Positions 56,127 to 64,000 of a stretch of 64,000 nucleotides of DNA are shown here, one piece after another. The notes beneath the pieces were generated by a model. That model was not told the DNA's origin. It saw only the letters and a list, made by a program, of their open reading frames with translations, and ran no database searches. The translations under genes were made by a program, and so were the position numbers. Numbering within the stretch: position 1 is the first letter of the stretch; each line of letters starts with the position of its first letter. The stretch is from a virus (taxonomy: Duplodnaviria; Caudoviricetes): IMG/VR virus record IMGVR_UViG_3300048502_000136, positions 34,433 to 98,432 of that record; one strand, given 5' to 3'.

Positions 56127-56518
56127 AGCAAGCCTGCTTTCTCAAGCACGGCTACCAGCTTGTCAGACGCGCCTGAACGATCTGCGCGATAAATGGCCAG
56201 CAGCAACTCCGCCATCTCCGGCGCGGCGACCATCAACTTGGCGTTGCCAATGACCTCGTCAACGGATTGGACGCGAGGATAGCCGCAGGAATAATCGGGG
56301 TCCGGCTTGAACATCCAGGCTTCGCCTAAAAGTTTCTCGCCCTTTGCTATAGAGATAGTGAGATGCTCGAAGCCAGGCTGCTCGGTCGTGTGCGAAGTTT
56401 CGCGCGTTAGTGGCTGGAAATACCGGTGAAAGTTCCATGGCCCCGGAGTGTAATGAGGGCCGGGGCGGGCGGGTGTGGCTGAGGTTGCTGGTAGATCGTG
56501 ATCAAGTCCGTCAAGCAT
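56123..56518 (-). CDS. conserved phage hypothetical protein
   Basis: TPGPW...NAKLMVAAPEM family pattern. Confidence 0.75.
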   Translation of the reverse strand: MLDGLDHDLPATSATPARPGPHYTPGPWNFHRYFQPLTRETSHTTEQPGFEHLTISIAKGEKLLGEAWMFKPDPDYSCGYPRVQSVDEVIGNAKLMVAAPEMAELLLAIYRADRSGASDKLVAVLEKAGLL

Positions 56519-56520
56519 TT

Positions 56521-56724
56521 TTAGTCGCTCCCTTCGATAAAGTAAGCCGTGTTGCTGGTGGGTTCTTCTTGCAAGTCCTCGTCAAGCTGGCGGATATAGC
56601 CGTACTGGCTAATGAAACACTCCCTAGCCACCCGTCGAGCCTCGGCCACATTCTCAGCTTCGACGAGAATATGGCCGAGCCCGTAGTTGCGAAGTGCTTC
56701 GCTGTCCCAGTGATACAGCGGCAT
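56521..56724 (-). CDS. hypothetical protein, paralog of 57008..57241
   Basis: Y.W.S...ILVEA..V..ARRVARE...DLQ.EP.S...YF.E shared. Confidence 0.65.
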   Translation of the reverse strand: MPLYHWDSEALRNYGLGHILVEAENVAEARRVARECFISQYGYIRQLDEDLQEEPTSNTAYFIEGSD

Positions 56725-56729
56725 AACCT

Positions 56730-56972
56730 TTACTCCTTCCCTTGTTGGTAGCAGCGCTTTACCCGGCGCGCCTGCTTATAAGCCTGACTGCGCATGACGG
56801 CCTTACGTGTGCGCTTGCTGTCGTTGTAAGGATGGCTCGGTCGAGACATAACCTGATAAGCGGCTGAGGCTGCCTTGCGTGCCCATAGGCGAGCCTTTAT
56901 CGGGTCCGTAGACGTGATTGCTTTTTTGCCGTAGACGCCAGCCGCGCGAGTGTGTGCAACGTTTACTGTCAT
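56730..56972 (-). CDS. small basic hypothetical protein
   Basis: ATG shortly after the poly-G tract (sense strand). Confidence 0.5.
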   Translation of the reverse strand: MTVNVAHTRAAGVYGKKAITSTDPIKARLWARKAASAAYQVMSRPSHPYNDSKRTRKAVMRSQAYKQARRVKRCYQQGKE

Positions 56973-56983
56973 TTTTTAGCTCT

Positions 56984-57003
56984 CCCCCCCCCCCCCCCCC
57001 CCC
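56984..57003 (+). repeat. poly-C tract (C20)
   Basis: direct count. Confidence 0.85.
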
Positions 57004-57007
57004 TTTC

Positions 57008-57241
57008 TCACTCGTACTCGACAAAGTAAACCTTTCGGCTCTTAGGTTCCCTCTGCAAGTCGTTTTCAAACTGCTGGTAAGGTTCGATAATACTTCCGTC
57101 ATGGTCACAAGTTTCTTGGTATTTTCCTTTCAGATAACCCGGATAAGACTCTCTAGCCACACGCCGCGCATCGCCTACGCTATCGGCCTCGACCAAGATG
57201 CAGGCATGGCTGTAATGAGATTCCCAGCGATATATAGCCAC
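57008..57241 (-). CDS. hypothetical protein, paralog of 56521..56724
   Basis: GTG start right after the parB-like stop. Confidence 0.65.
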   Translation of the reverse strand: MAIYRWESHYSHACILVEADSVGDARRVARESYPGYLKGKYQETCDHDGSIIEPYQQFENDLQREPKSRKVYFVEYE

Positions 57242-57242
57242 A

Positions 57243-58208
57243 TTAGCCTTGCTTTCTGGCGCGCTGATACTTCTCGGCCGCCGCGTATAGCTCGTAAATC
57301 GGCTTGTCTTCGTCAAGCGCGATCCGGGCGAGGTCGTCAGCCAGGGCGAGCAGGCTAGGCAGGCCAAGCAGGCCGAGCGGGTCAGATGGCTTGGCCCAGC
57401 CGAGCATGCTCAGCGGGTCAGCTTGGCTCGGCGTGGTCGGCTGGCTCGGCGTGGTCGGCTTGTCGGCATCGTCAAAAAGAATGTCATCCGTCGCCGCCGC
57501 GTCGGGCTTATCGGTTGCTGCCTGCGCGGCCTGCGCCTTGACCTTCCTGCTTGGCTTGCCAGCCTGACCCACGCCCACGCCCATCTCTCTGGCCACGTCA
57601 GCCGAAGTGATCTTTCCCCCCGCGCCGGCCTTGGCCACAATCCGCTTCTGATGCTCCCGGCTAAGCTTGGCAATGGCCCTGGCGGCCGAGCCTACCACCC
57701 TGCCTTCCCTGACCGCCTTCTCAGCCTCCGGAGTTAACTCGATAAGCTGAAGCCTGCCTTTGACCCATGACACGGAAGCGCGAAAGGCGTCTGCCGCCTC
57801 CTCGTGCGTCATCTGGTACACGTTGATCAGCCGCTGCAGGTTGTACGCGTCATCCATCGGCGTGGTCTGGTTGCGGACCCGGTTCTCTTCGATGTTCGCG
57901 AGGAAGGCTTGCTTCTCTGATAGCTGGGTGAACGAGCAGCGCAGGCGCAGGGGCTTCTCTAGGAGCCCGCGCCGGTTGATCTCGCTGACGGCGCGCCATC
58001 TGCTGAAGCCTGCGACCAAGACAGGCTTACCGGCGGCCTTCCGAATAGTAACCGGCTGAAGCTGGCCATGTTTCAGAATCGAGTCAACAATCCAGGTTAT
58101 GTCCGGGAGTTCGTGCCTGCCGTTCATCTCCGGATCGACTTCGAGTTCTTCCGGCAGGAAGCCGTATTCAGACGAGCGGGCTGCTTTGATTTCAAATTCT
58201 ACTGCCAT
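57243..58208 (-). CDS. ParB/Spo0J-like protein
   Basis: SILKHGQLQPVTIR...LVAGFSRWRA, ENRVR, HTH. Confidence 0.88.
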   Translation of the reverse strand: MAVEFEIKAARSSEYGFLPEELEVDPEMNGRHELPDITWIVDSILKHGQLQPVTIRKAAGKPVLVAGFSRWRAVSEINRRGLLEKPLRLRCSFTQLSEKQAFLANIEENRVRNQTTPMDDAYNLQRLINVYQMTHEEAADAFRASVSWVKGRLQLIELTPEAEKAVREGRVVGSAARAIAKLSREHQKRIVAKAGAGGKITSADVAREMGVGVGQAGKPSRKVKAQAAQAATDKPDAAATDDILFDDADKPTTPSQPTTPSQADPLSMLGWAKPSDPLGLLGLPSLLALADDLARIALDEDKPIYELYAAAEKYQRARKQG

Positions 58209-58402
58209 GACGCTATTCCTCCACTTCCATAAATTCCTGAAACTTATCCCCGAAAAGCCGTTGCAGGGACTTTGTTTGCTGCCAGACGGCCTTGTAGGTT
58301 GTGATCCGGTTCAGCTTGATAAAGTCGGTAAGCGGGTTGGTAGTGGTAAGCATGCTTGATCTCCCTTTGCCTGTTTTAACTGTTTAGCTTGCGCCCCGAT
58401 GA

Positions 58403-59026
58403 CTAGGCCAAGGCCTCAATCAGTTTCCGCGCGGCCTGGACGCGGCTAGCCAGGCGAGCCGACCGCTCAGGCAGCTTCTCAGCCATCGTTTCAAGCGCGG
58501 CCGAGAGCCCGGCGCAGATGGCAGTCAGTTGGTATTCCTCGGTGACCTCGGCATCTGTGAGGGTGCGCATGGTGCCAAGGGGCCAAGTGCCGTAGTCGTC
58601 ACAGTCTTCTACGGCGGAGACGCCACAACCCCAGTAGTCCGCCGCGCCTTCCCAGTTGGACCAGCTACCACTGCGCTTGATCTGGAGCCATTCACCACTC
58701 GCGAGCAGGTAAAGCCGATCCCCTGAGTAGGAGCCGCCGTCGCCCTGCCTCTCGGAAGTGAAGCGGTCAACCATCAGCAAGCCTTTAACCAGCTTGCCAT
58801 CCCGCTTGTAGTAAAGGTCGCGGTCGATATTGATCCGCCTGCCTATGTCTGTGCGTGAGTAGGTGGCAATCCTGACGTGGCCGTTGTGCCGGGCATACCT
58901 GGCGTAAGCCTGCCGGATCGCCGCGACTGCCTGTGTCTCAGTCTCTGCGCAAAGCTGAGTCTGCCCCTCGATAAAGCGAACATCAGCGTCGTTAACTGCT
59001 GGAATGGTAATCGTGACTGCGTCCAT
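58403..59026 (-). CDS. hypothetical protein
   Basis: likely start MDAVT at 59026. Confidence 0.6.
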   Translation of the reverse strand: MDAVTITIPAVNDADVRFIEGQTQLCAETETQAVAAIRQAYARYARHNGHVRIATYSRTDIGRRINIDRDLYYKRDGKLVKGLLMVDRFTSERQGDGGSYSGDRLYLLASGEWLQIKRSGSWSNWEGAADYWGCGVSAVEDCDDYGTWPLGTMRTLTDAEVTEEYQLTAICAGLSAALETMAEKLPERSARLASRVQAARKLIEALA

Positions 59027-59199
59027 GGTCCGTAGACCTTTCTGCCCCGTGGGGCCGACGAGGAAGGTAACCAACTTCCCCGCCCTGACTAAATCATACA
59101 ACTTTGTAAACTTTGTAGCTTGTAGAAAACTATCCGCCACCCTGCCAAGCCAAGCAAGCCGGAAAAATCACCCTCACCGCGCCGTGCTTGGCAGTCTGA

Positions 59200-59493
59200 T
59201 TAGCCAGGCTGGCTGGTTTCCGGCCGCTTTTTTGCCACAGGCCGGGCTGGGCGAGCCGCCACCACCTTCTTAGCTGCCCGATCAAGCCGGGCCTGCGCCT
59301 TTTCATCGCGCCTGAGAGCGGTGATGCCAGCGCGGATTAACTCCGGCACCACCTCTTCTAAGGTCACGCTGCGGCCGGTAATGCCCGCACGCCGAGCCTT
59401 GATCACTTCGAGTTCGACGCGCAGGTCTGTTGGAAATTTAGCCAAGTGTAGCTGGCTGACGATGGCCGGGTTGATCTTGCTGGCTGTGTTCAT
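59200..59493 (-). CDS. RHH/Arc-like regulator
   Basis: LHLAKFPTDLRVEL...VTLEEVVPELI. Confidence 0.55.
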   Translation of the reverse strand: MNTASKINPAIVSQLHLAKFPTDLRVELEVIKARRAGITGRSVTLEEVVPELIRAGITALRRDEKAQARLDRAAKKVVAARPARPVAKKRPETSQPG

Positions 59494-60209
59494 GCTGGGG
59501 TTACCTCCGTCTTCTCCTTCTCGGTCTCTGTCTCGCTGATCTCTGTCTCTGTCTCGCTGGCCGGGCGCGCGATCTCTACCAGTTGCCGACCCTCGTAGCG
59601 CATAGGCATCAAGACGCCTACCACCTGCGCGGGCCGGGGCTTACTATGCCGATCCTCGCCGCATCTGGTTACCGCGATGGGAAAGAACCTGATGCCCTTT
59701 TTCTCGTCTTCCTCAGTCGGCAGCTTGATATGTAGCTGCACCGCTGGCGTGTTGCGGTCGCCGGGGTCACGCTTGCCCATGGCTTGCGCCAAGTCCCAGA
59801 GCAGGCTGGCGTCCAAGCTGACTACCACCGCGTGGTCGTAGCTTGATTGTTGCGGCATGACCGCTTTATAGTTTGGAAAGCTCCCTGTCGGCCGGTCATA
59901 AATATAACGGTCGCCTTTGCCGACGCTGACGGTGATTTGATCGCGGCCCGCCGTGTCGATTCTGCAAGCAAACTTCCCGCCCATGCTCAATTTCTTGGCG
60001 TCGGCAAAGGCGACCGCCGGGATCAGGCCGCTGGTATCGCTTGGCTCAATCAGGTCACTAACGTCATGCACGACCATGATCGTGCCAGTGGTAGCGACTA
60101 GCTGACGCGCGTCCAAGTCCAAGTAAGCCGAGGTAATGGAGGAGTAGCGGGGTGTTTCTTTCCGGCTGGCCGCTTTGCAAATCATGGCAATCCTGGCGTG
60201 AAATTTCAT
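59490..60209 (-). CDS. DNA polymerase III beta-clamp-like protein (partial, two domains)
   Basis: AAS..E.PRY...I....LVATTG, G.FPNY..VMP, D..LL.D, GVLMPMR. Confidence 0.65.
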   Translation of the reverse strand: MKFHARIAMICKAASRKETPRYSSITSAYLDLDARQLVATTGTIMVVHDVSDLIEPSDTSGLIPAVAFADAKKLSMGGKFACRIDTAGRDQITVSVGKGDRYIYDRPTGSFPNYKAVMPQQSSYDHAVVVSLDASLLWDLAQAMGKRDPGDRNTPAVQLHIKLPTEEDEKKGIRFFPIAVTRCGEDRHSKPRPAQVVGVLMPMRYEGRQLVEIARPASETETEISETETEKEKTEVTPA

Positions 60210-60454
60210 CGTGCACCTCCCAGGCGTGCCGTTGTCGGCCATACAGAATACTTCCGTGGCGGCAACGCCTTAACCTTGGTGCGTGGGTTGCCCGCATTCG
60301 CGCCGTGATCCAAGTGAGGATTGCGGCGTTCCCACTGACAATAAAACAGAAACGCCATAGACCAGCGGGAATAACTACCGTCCGGGTTCCGATGGTAGCT
60401 TGCGCCTTGGACCATGCGCCGCTTGTCGCCGCGTGGAAATTTGGCCGTGGTCAT
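60206..60454 (-). CDS. hypothetical protein
   Basis: ATGA-coupled at both ends. Confidence 0.5.
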   Translation of the reverse strand: MTTAKFPRGDKRRMVQGASYHRNPDGSYSRWSMAFLFYCQWERRNPHLDHGANAGNPRTKVKALPPRKYSVWPTTARLGGAR

Positions 60455-60675
60455 CGTGCACCTTCCACACGTGCAAGTGGGTGCATAGGCCGCGCCGCCT
60501 TAGGCGGCTCGATCCTGTAGGTGCGCTGTAGTTCGTTAGACTGGCGGCCGAGATGGCCTAACGATACGAGATAGAAAACGATAGTGAGGGTGAACATTTC
60601 AGAATCTCCTAAGTGTTTGTCTGCTGCCGAAAATTAGGGCGGCCATTCCTAGCACCCGCCCTGCCTGCCTGCCTG

Positions 60676-61752
60676 CTAGCTGACCCCGGCCATTTCCATA
60701 GCCGCCTGCATCGCGCCCACTTTCAGTTGCTCGCCCTGCCCAAACCACGCGCTGAACATTCGGTTACCGTCTGAGCGTGCGCGGCTGATATGGTCAGCGT
60801 AGTAAGTCACTCCGTTAACCGCACCCCAGAGAGTGTCCTTGGCCGTTTCAAGCTGCGAGCCAGGCGACGTGAGCATCGCTTCCAGGATGGCCGCGCCCAC
60901 CTTTGACATCGGCTGATCCTGCGCGGCGGCCGCCACTTCGTGTGACTCTAGGATTGAGTCAAGGATGGAAACTCCTGCGCCCGTCTGAGCATGGTTGCTC
61001 ACCACCTGCTCTAGCACGGTCTCGCCGCCCAAGAGCCGCGTAATAAATTCAACTCGGCCTCTCTCGTCGATTACCACGTTGGCCAAGCTGGCCGCCACTT
61101 CGTTAGTCCGGGCCACTTGCTGGCTGGCCATCCCCATAACTCGCTGAGCATCGGCTTTCTCGCGCGGGCCAAACTTGCGCGAGTGTTTCATGCTGAAAGT
61201 GGCCGGCGACTTGTCTCCGATAGCCGCCGTCAGCGTGTTATGGCAAACGACACGAACCTGCGTGGGCTTGCCTATCGTTTTGAGCGATCCATCATGCGAG
61301 GTGGCCAGCAACATGTAACCGGTAAGCTGGTCAACGTCGCTGAGGTTGGCTGAAGACCCGCCGTGCAGTTTGGCCAACGCCCAGACTACCGCGCCGTCAC
61401 GCAGGCCGCCGATCGTTTCCATTGATGCATGGCCAGCGTCGCAATACTCGCGGAAGAAATCCACGATTTCCCTGTTCTGTACGGGATGGTAACGGTCGCT
61501 GGCAATCTGAAAAACGCGGTTATTGTCGGCGCGCACGATTGCACGCCAGTCGCCTAGCTCGCTTGTCAGCATTACCGTTTTCTCGCCCGAGGCGTTGCGC
61601 ATTGCCAAGGCGCGCCGTTGGACAGGCCAGTCGAGCCCGGCCACTTTTAACATAGTTTCGCCATCAGCATCGGCCGCGACTGCAAATCCTAGGCCGTGCC
61701 ATGGCACGCGTCCTTTGTATGCGAGCATATTGTTTTCGATCATGTGAGCCAT
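60676..61752 (-). CDS. DUF932-family phage/plasmid protein
   Basis: MAH.IE..M.Y....PWHGLG, AGLDW.V, Y.PVQN, ET.G.L..G..VW.LA, SHDGS, RVVC.NTL, TLWGAVN.VT.Y.DH. Confidence 0.9.
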   Translation of the reverse strand: MAHMIENNMLAYKGRVPWHGLGFAVAADADGETMLKVAGLDWPVQRRALAMRNASGEKTVMLTSELGDWRAIVRADNNRVFQIASDRYHPVQNREIVDFFREYCDAGHASMETIGGLRDGAVVWALAKLHGGSSANLSDVDQLTGYMLLATSHDGSLKTIGKPTQVRVVCHNTLTAAIGDKSPATFSMKHSRKFGPREKADAQRVMGMASQQVARTNEVAASLANVVIDERGRVEFITRLLGGETVLEQVVSNHAQTGAGVSILDSILESHEVAAAAQDQPMSKVGAAILEAMLTSPGSQLETAKDTLWGAVNGVTYYADHISRARSDGNRMFSAWFGQGEQLKVGAMQAAMEMAGVS

Positions 61753-61900
61753 TGGATTATCTCCCTTGGTTATTGGATCGCTTTGGTGGTTTAAGGCGGT
61801 CAGCTTGCTTGCCCGGCCGCCCTGTCTGACTGAGACTAGGTTACATCATTGTGCCTTGTGGAAATCTTTCAGGCCTTGCCCGCTAGTTCGGCATGGCAAG

Positions 61901-62170
61901 TCAGTCGATCCTTTCCTTACGCGGCGTGAGCAGCTTATTGCGCGCCTCATACAGCACGCTATGCGCGTCATAGTCGCCGGGATTGTCATAGTACCTGATA
62001 ATGTCCGCCCCGTGTCTGGTCACCGCGTCCGCATGATCAGCTATATGCGTCATGGCCCGTGTGAGCATGTCCCATGCTGGATAGTTCGGCAAGGGCAATC
62101 GGATTGGATAAGACCGGTTAGAGAAAGCTTGCGTTGGCCTTTCGGCCAAGATCGTTAGCGCGTGCATCAT
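61901..62170 (-). CDS. hypothetical protein
   Basis: early-region small ORF. Confidence 0.45.
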   Translation of the reverse strand: MMHALTILAERPTQAFSNRSYPIRLPLPNYPAWDMLTRAMTHIADHADAVTRHGADIIRYYDNPGDYDAHSVLYEARNKLLTPRKERID

Positions 62171-62245
62171 GGCGAGTCATTCCTTTCTTAGGTGAGTTGG
62201 GAGTTGGGAGAAATGGGCGGCCGCCTGCCCCGTTTGCCTGCCGAG

Positions 62246-62605
62246 CTACCAGATATACCGCACGTGGAAACGATATTGCCCCACCTCCTCGTCGCGCCGG
62301 TCAGCGTACCGTGTCGCCGCGCGCCGCGTCTCAAACGTGGCCAGGATCGCGCCTGATCTCTTGTCTACTACCTGGTACGTGCCGGCTTCCGGCTTGGTTG
62401 ACTGGTAGCCGAGTCTTTCGCGGTAGTCTCGCCGCGCCTGATGACCGTGAGCCATCTCTAAAAATGCGTCTGAAGTATGGCCATAATCGGATTCCGCCAC
62501 CCACCCGCTTGTCGCGAGCATCTGGTAATCAGGATAGTTGGCGGAGTTGGCGGAGTTGGCGGAGTTGGCGGACTCGCTACAGGCGAACGTGTTTTCGATT
62601 GACAT
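62246..62605 (-). CDS. hypothetical protein with (SAN)4 repeat
   Basis: GAGGAG SD; YQVVD.RSG.I..TF.TRRAA.RYADR.D...G.YR..V. Confidence 0.7.
   Translation of the reverse strand: MSIENTFACSESANSANSANSANYPDYQMLATSGWVAESDYGHTSDAFLEMAHGHQARRDYRERLGYQSTKPEAGTYQVVDKRSGAILATFETRRAATRYADRRDEEVGQYRFHVRYIW
62536..62571 (+). repeat. 9-bp tandem repeat (AGTTGGCGG)x4
   Basis: direct. Confidence 0.9.
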
Positions 62606-62688
62606 GGTGGTCTCCTCAGTGCGCGCCTAACGCGCAGACCGGCAAGCCTAAAATCAGCCGGTTTCAACCTATGAGAGAACGAGCGCGC

Positions 62689-63426
62689 CTAGATTTCTTC
62701 GTCTTCGTCTTCAGCCTCAGACGCGCCGTAATGCTCCAGTATGATCTCGTTATCGCGCATCAAAGTTACCGGCTCGTTAGGAGCGCGGCCGTAGCCTTTC
62801 TGTGACTGCTCCAGATATTCGGCATACTCGCGGCGCGCCTCATCTTCAGACTTGCCGCTGTAGACACTCCCGATGTTGCCGACGATTACCTCATACTGGT
62901 ACGCCTGCCATACGGCAAAGCGCACGTCAAACTGACCAGCGTCATCAATCTTGAAGATGTATCGGCCGGTAGGATTCACGGCTAGCAGTTTGGCCAAAAT
63001 TTCTTTCGGCTCATCCGTCTGACCTAGATGAAAGCCATTCTCATAGTCACTGGCCACCTTGTGGTAGCCGTGCTCAGCTAAAAGCGCGTCATCAAATCCG
63101 CGCACGTTTACGGCGCGGCTGGGGTCGTTCTCCAGACCTTCCAGGTAGTCCTCCGCCGAGTTATCTTTCAGACAGTCGGCGCACAAGATAGTGCAGTCGC
63201 CAACAAAAGCATAGCTAGGCGTGTCGCCATAGTGGATCGCACGCGCGCAATCGTCGCACGAGCTAACTGCGTCTGGCCAGTCCAGAACGTATCCTGCAGC
63301 CTCGACTGCATAATCGAACCCACGCGGTAGTGTGTTCCAGTCAGCCACCACCACGCCACGGCCGGAGTCATAGCCATGATTAGCGTACTCGCGATACCAG
63401 TTTGCTTGGTCGATGGCATCGGCCAT
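62689..63426 (-). CDS. hypothetical protein with Zn finger
   Basis: 245 aa; CDDC...CADC. Confidence 0.75.
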   Translation of the reverse strand: MADAIDQANWYREYANHGYDSGRGVVVADWNTLPRGFDYAVEAAGYVLDWPDAVSSCDDCARAIHYGDTPSYAFVGDCTILCADCLKDNSAEDYLEGLENDPSRAVNVRGFDDALLAEHGYHKVASDYENGFHLGQTDEPKEILAKLLAVNPTGRYIFKIDDAGQFDVRFAVWQAYQYEVIVGNIGSVYSGKSEDEARREYAEYLEQSQKGYGRAPNEPVTLMRDNEIILEHYGASEAEDEDEEI

Positions 63427-63450
63427 CTCAGGAGTCCATTCAATCGCTGG

Positions 63451-63681
63451 TTACCGTGCACGCAAGATGTCGATCATGCCCCGCAAGTATGCCTTGGTCT
63501 CGGCTGCAGTCATGCCGCCTGCAATTTCCTGCCAGTCGCCGACGCTGACAGAATACCGCGTCCATCCGTCACCGGGTGAGTAGCGGCCAATGCTGACACA
63601 CAATCCTGTAAGCTCGGCAAGTCTGAATGCCATCTCTGATAATTCGGCTTTGGTGGTGGTGCGGGTGGTGGTGGTGGTCAT
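63451..63681 (-). CDS. hypothetical protein
   Basis: GAGG SD, poly-Thr N-terminus. Confidence 0.6.
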   Translation of the reverse strand: MTTTTTRTTTKAELSEMAFRLAELTGLCVSIGRYSPGDGWTRYSVSVGDWQEIAGGMTAAETKAYLRGMIDILRAR

Positions 63682-63721
63682 TGGTGGTTCCTCTCTCAGG
63701 TAGGAATAACGAACTAGCGAC

Positions 63722-63749
63722 ATAGTAGCACACACAAGATTGTAGGCAA
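63722..63749 (-). promoter_or_regulatory. early promoter TTGCCT-16-TACTAT with extended -10 TG
   Basis: heads the leftward early-gene run. Confidence 0.55.
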
Positions 63750-64000
63750 GAGGAAAATGCACGATAACTTTTCAGGCATAGGCAGGCTAGACGTTGGCAG
63801 GCTGGCAGGCAGGCACTCCCCCCTGCCAGCTTGGATCGCCAGCCCTGCCAGCACTCCCCTCGAGCCTGCCGATCCAAGCTGGTCAGCAGCAATCTTCCAG
63901 GCAGCATGTAAAGTAGACTTGACAGCCGGCGGATCAAGGGGGTGGGGTGGTGAATGCCACCGCCGACGTATAAGTAGTACTCTGCGTTGATACCACTGCT

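Overview
A 64-kb segment of a GC-rich tailed-phage (Caudoviricetes) genome. The host is probably an Acidobacteriota member, inferred from my recollection of GroEL, response-regulator and beta-helix protein sequences rather than a search. From left to right: portal, terminase large subunit and putative small subunit; a host-like groEL-groES pair; an accessory region (MazG-like protein, tRNA-Leu(UAA), NarL/LuxR-type pseudo-response regulator, Lar-like protein, pentapeptide-repeat protein, many small paralogous genes); a plus-strand operon of four tail-fibre/tailspike-like proteins that all carry Sec-type signal sequences; a convergent lysis cassette; a replication/recombination module (UDG-fused family A DNA polymerase with an intein, Pif1-like helicase with a LAGLIDADG intein, HNH, SSB-like, Sak4-like ATPase, Cas4-like nuclease, RepA-like helicase, iteron-like origin); and an early region (ParB-like, beta-clamp-like, DUF932). 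The most striking feature is the polymerase intein. Its own frame has no endonuclease, but a complete HNH-type homing endonuclease gene is nested inside it in the +1 frame, with its own Shine-Dalgarno and TTG start written into the intein's HGGLID codons. Other notable signals are a 16-bp palindromic operator found three times, signal-peptide-bearing fibre genes, a degenerate ethylene-receptor-like membrane domain in the lysis cassette, pervasive AGCC/GGCT microrepeats, long poly-C tracts and two candidate duplication-induced frameshifts. No database searches were run; all family calls are from motif recognition.
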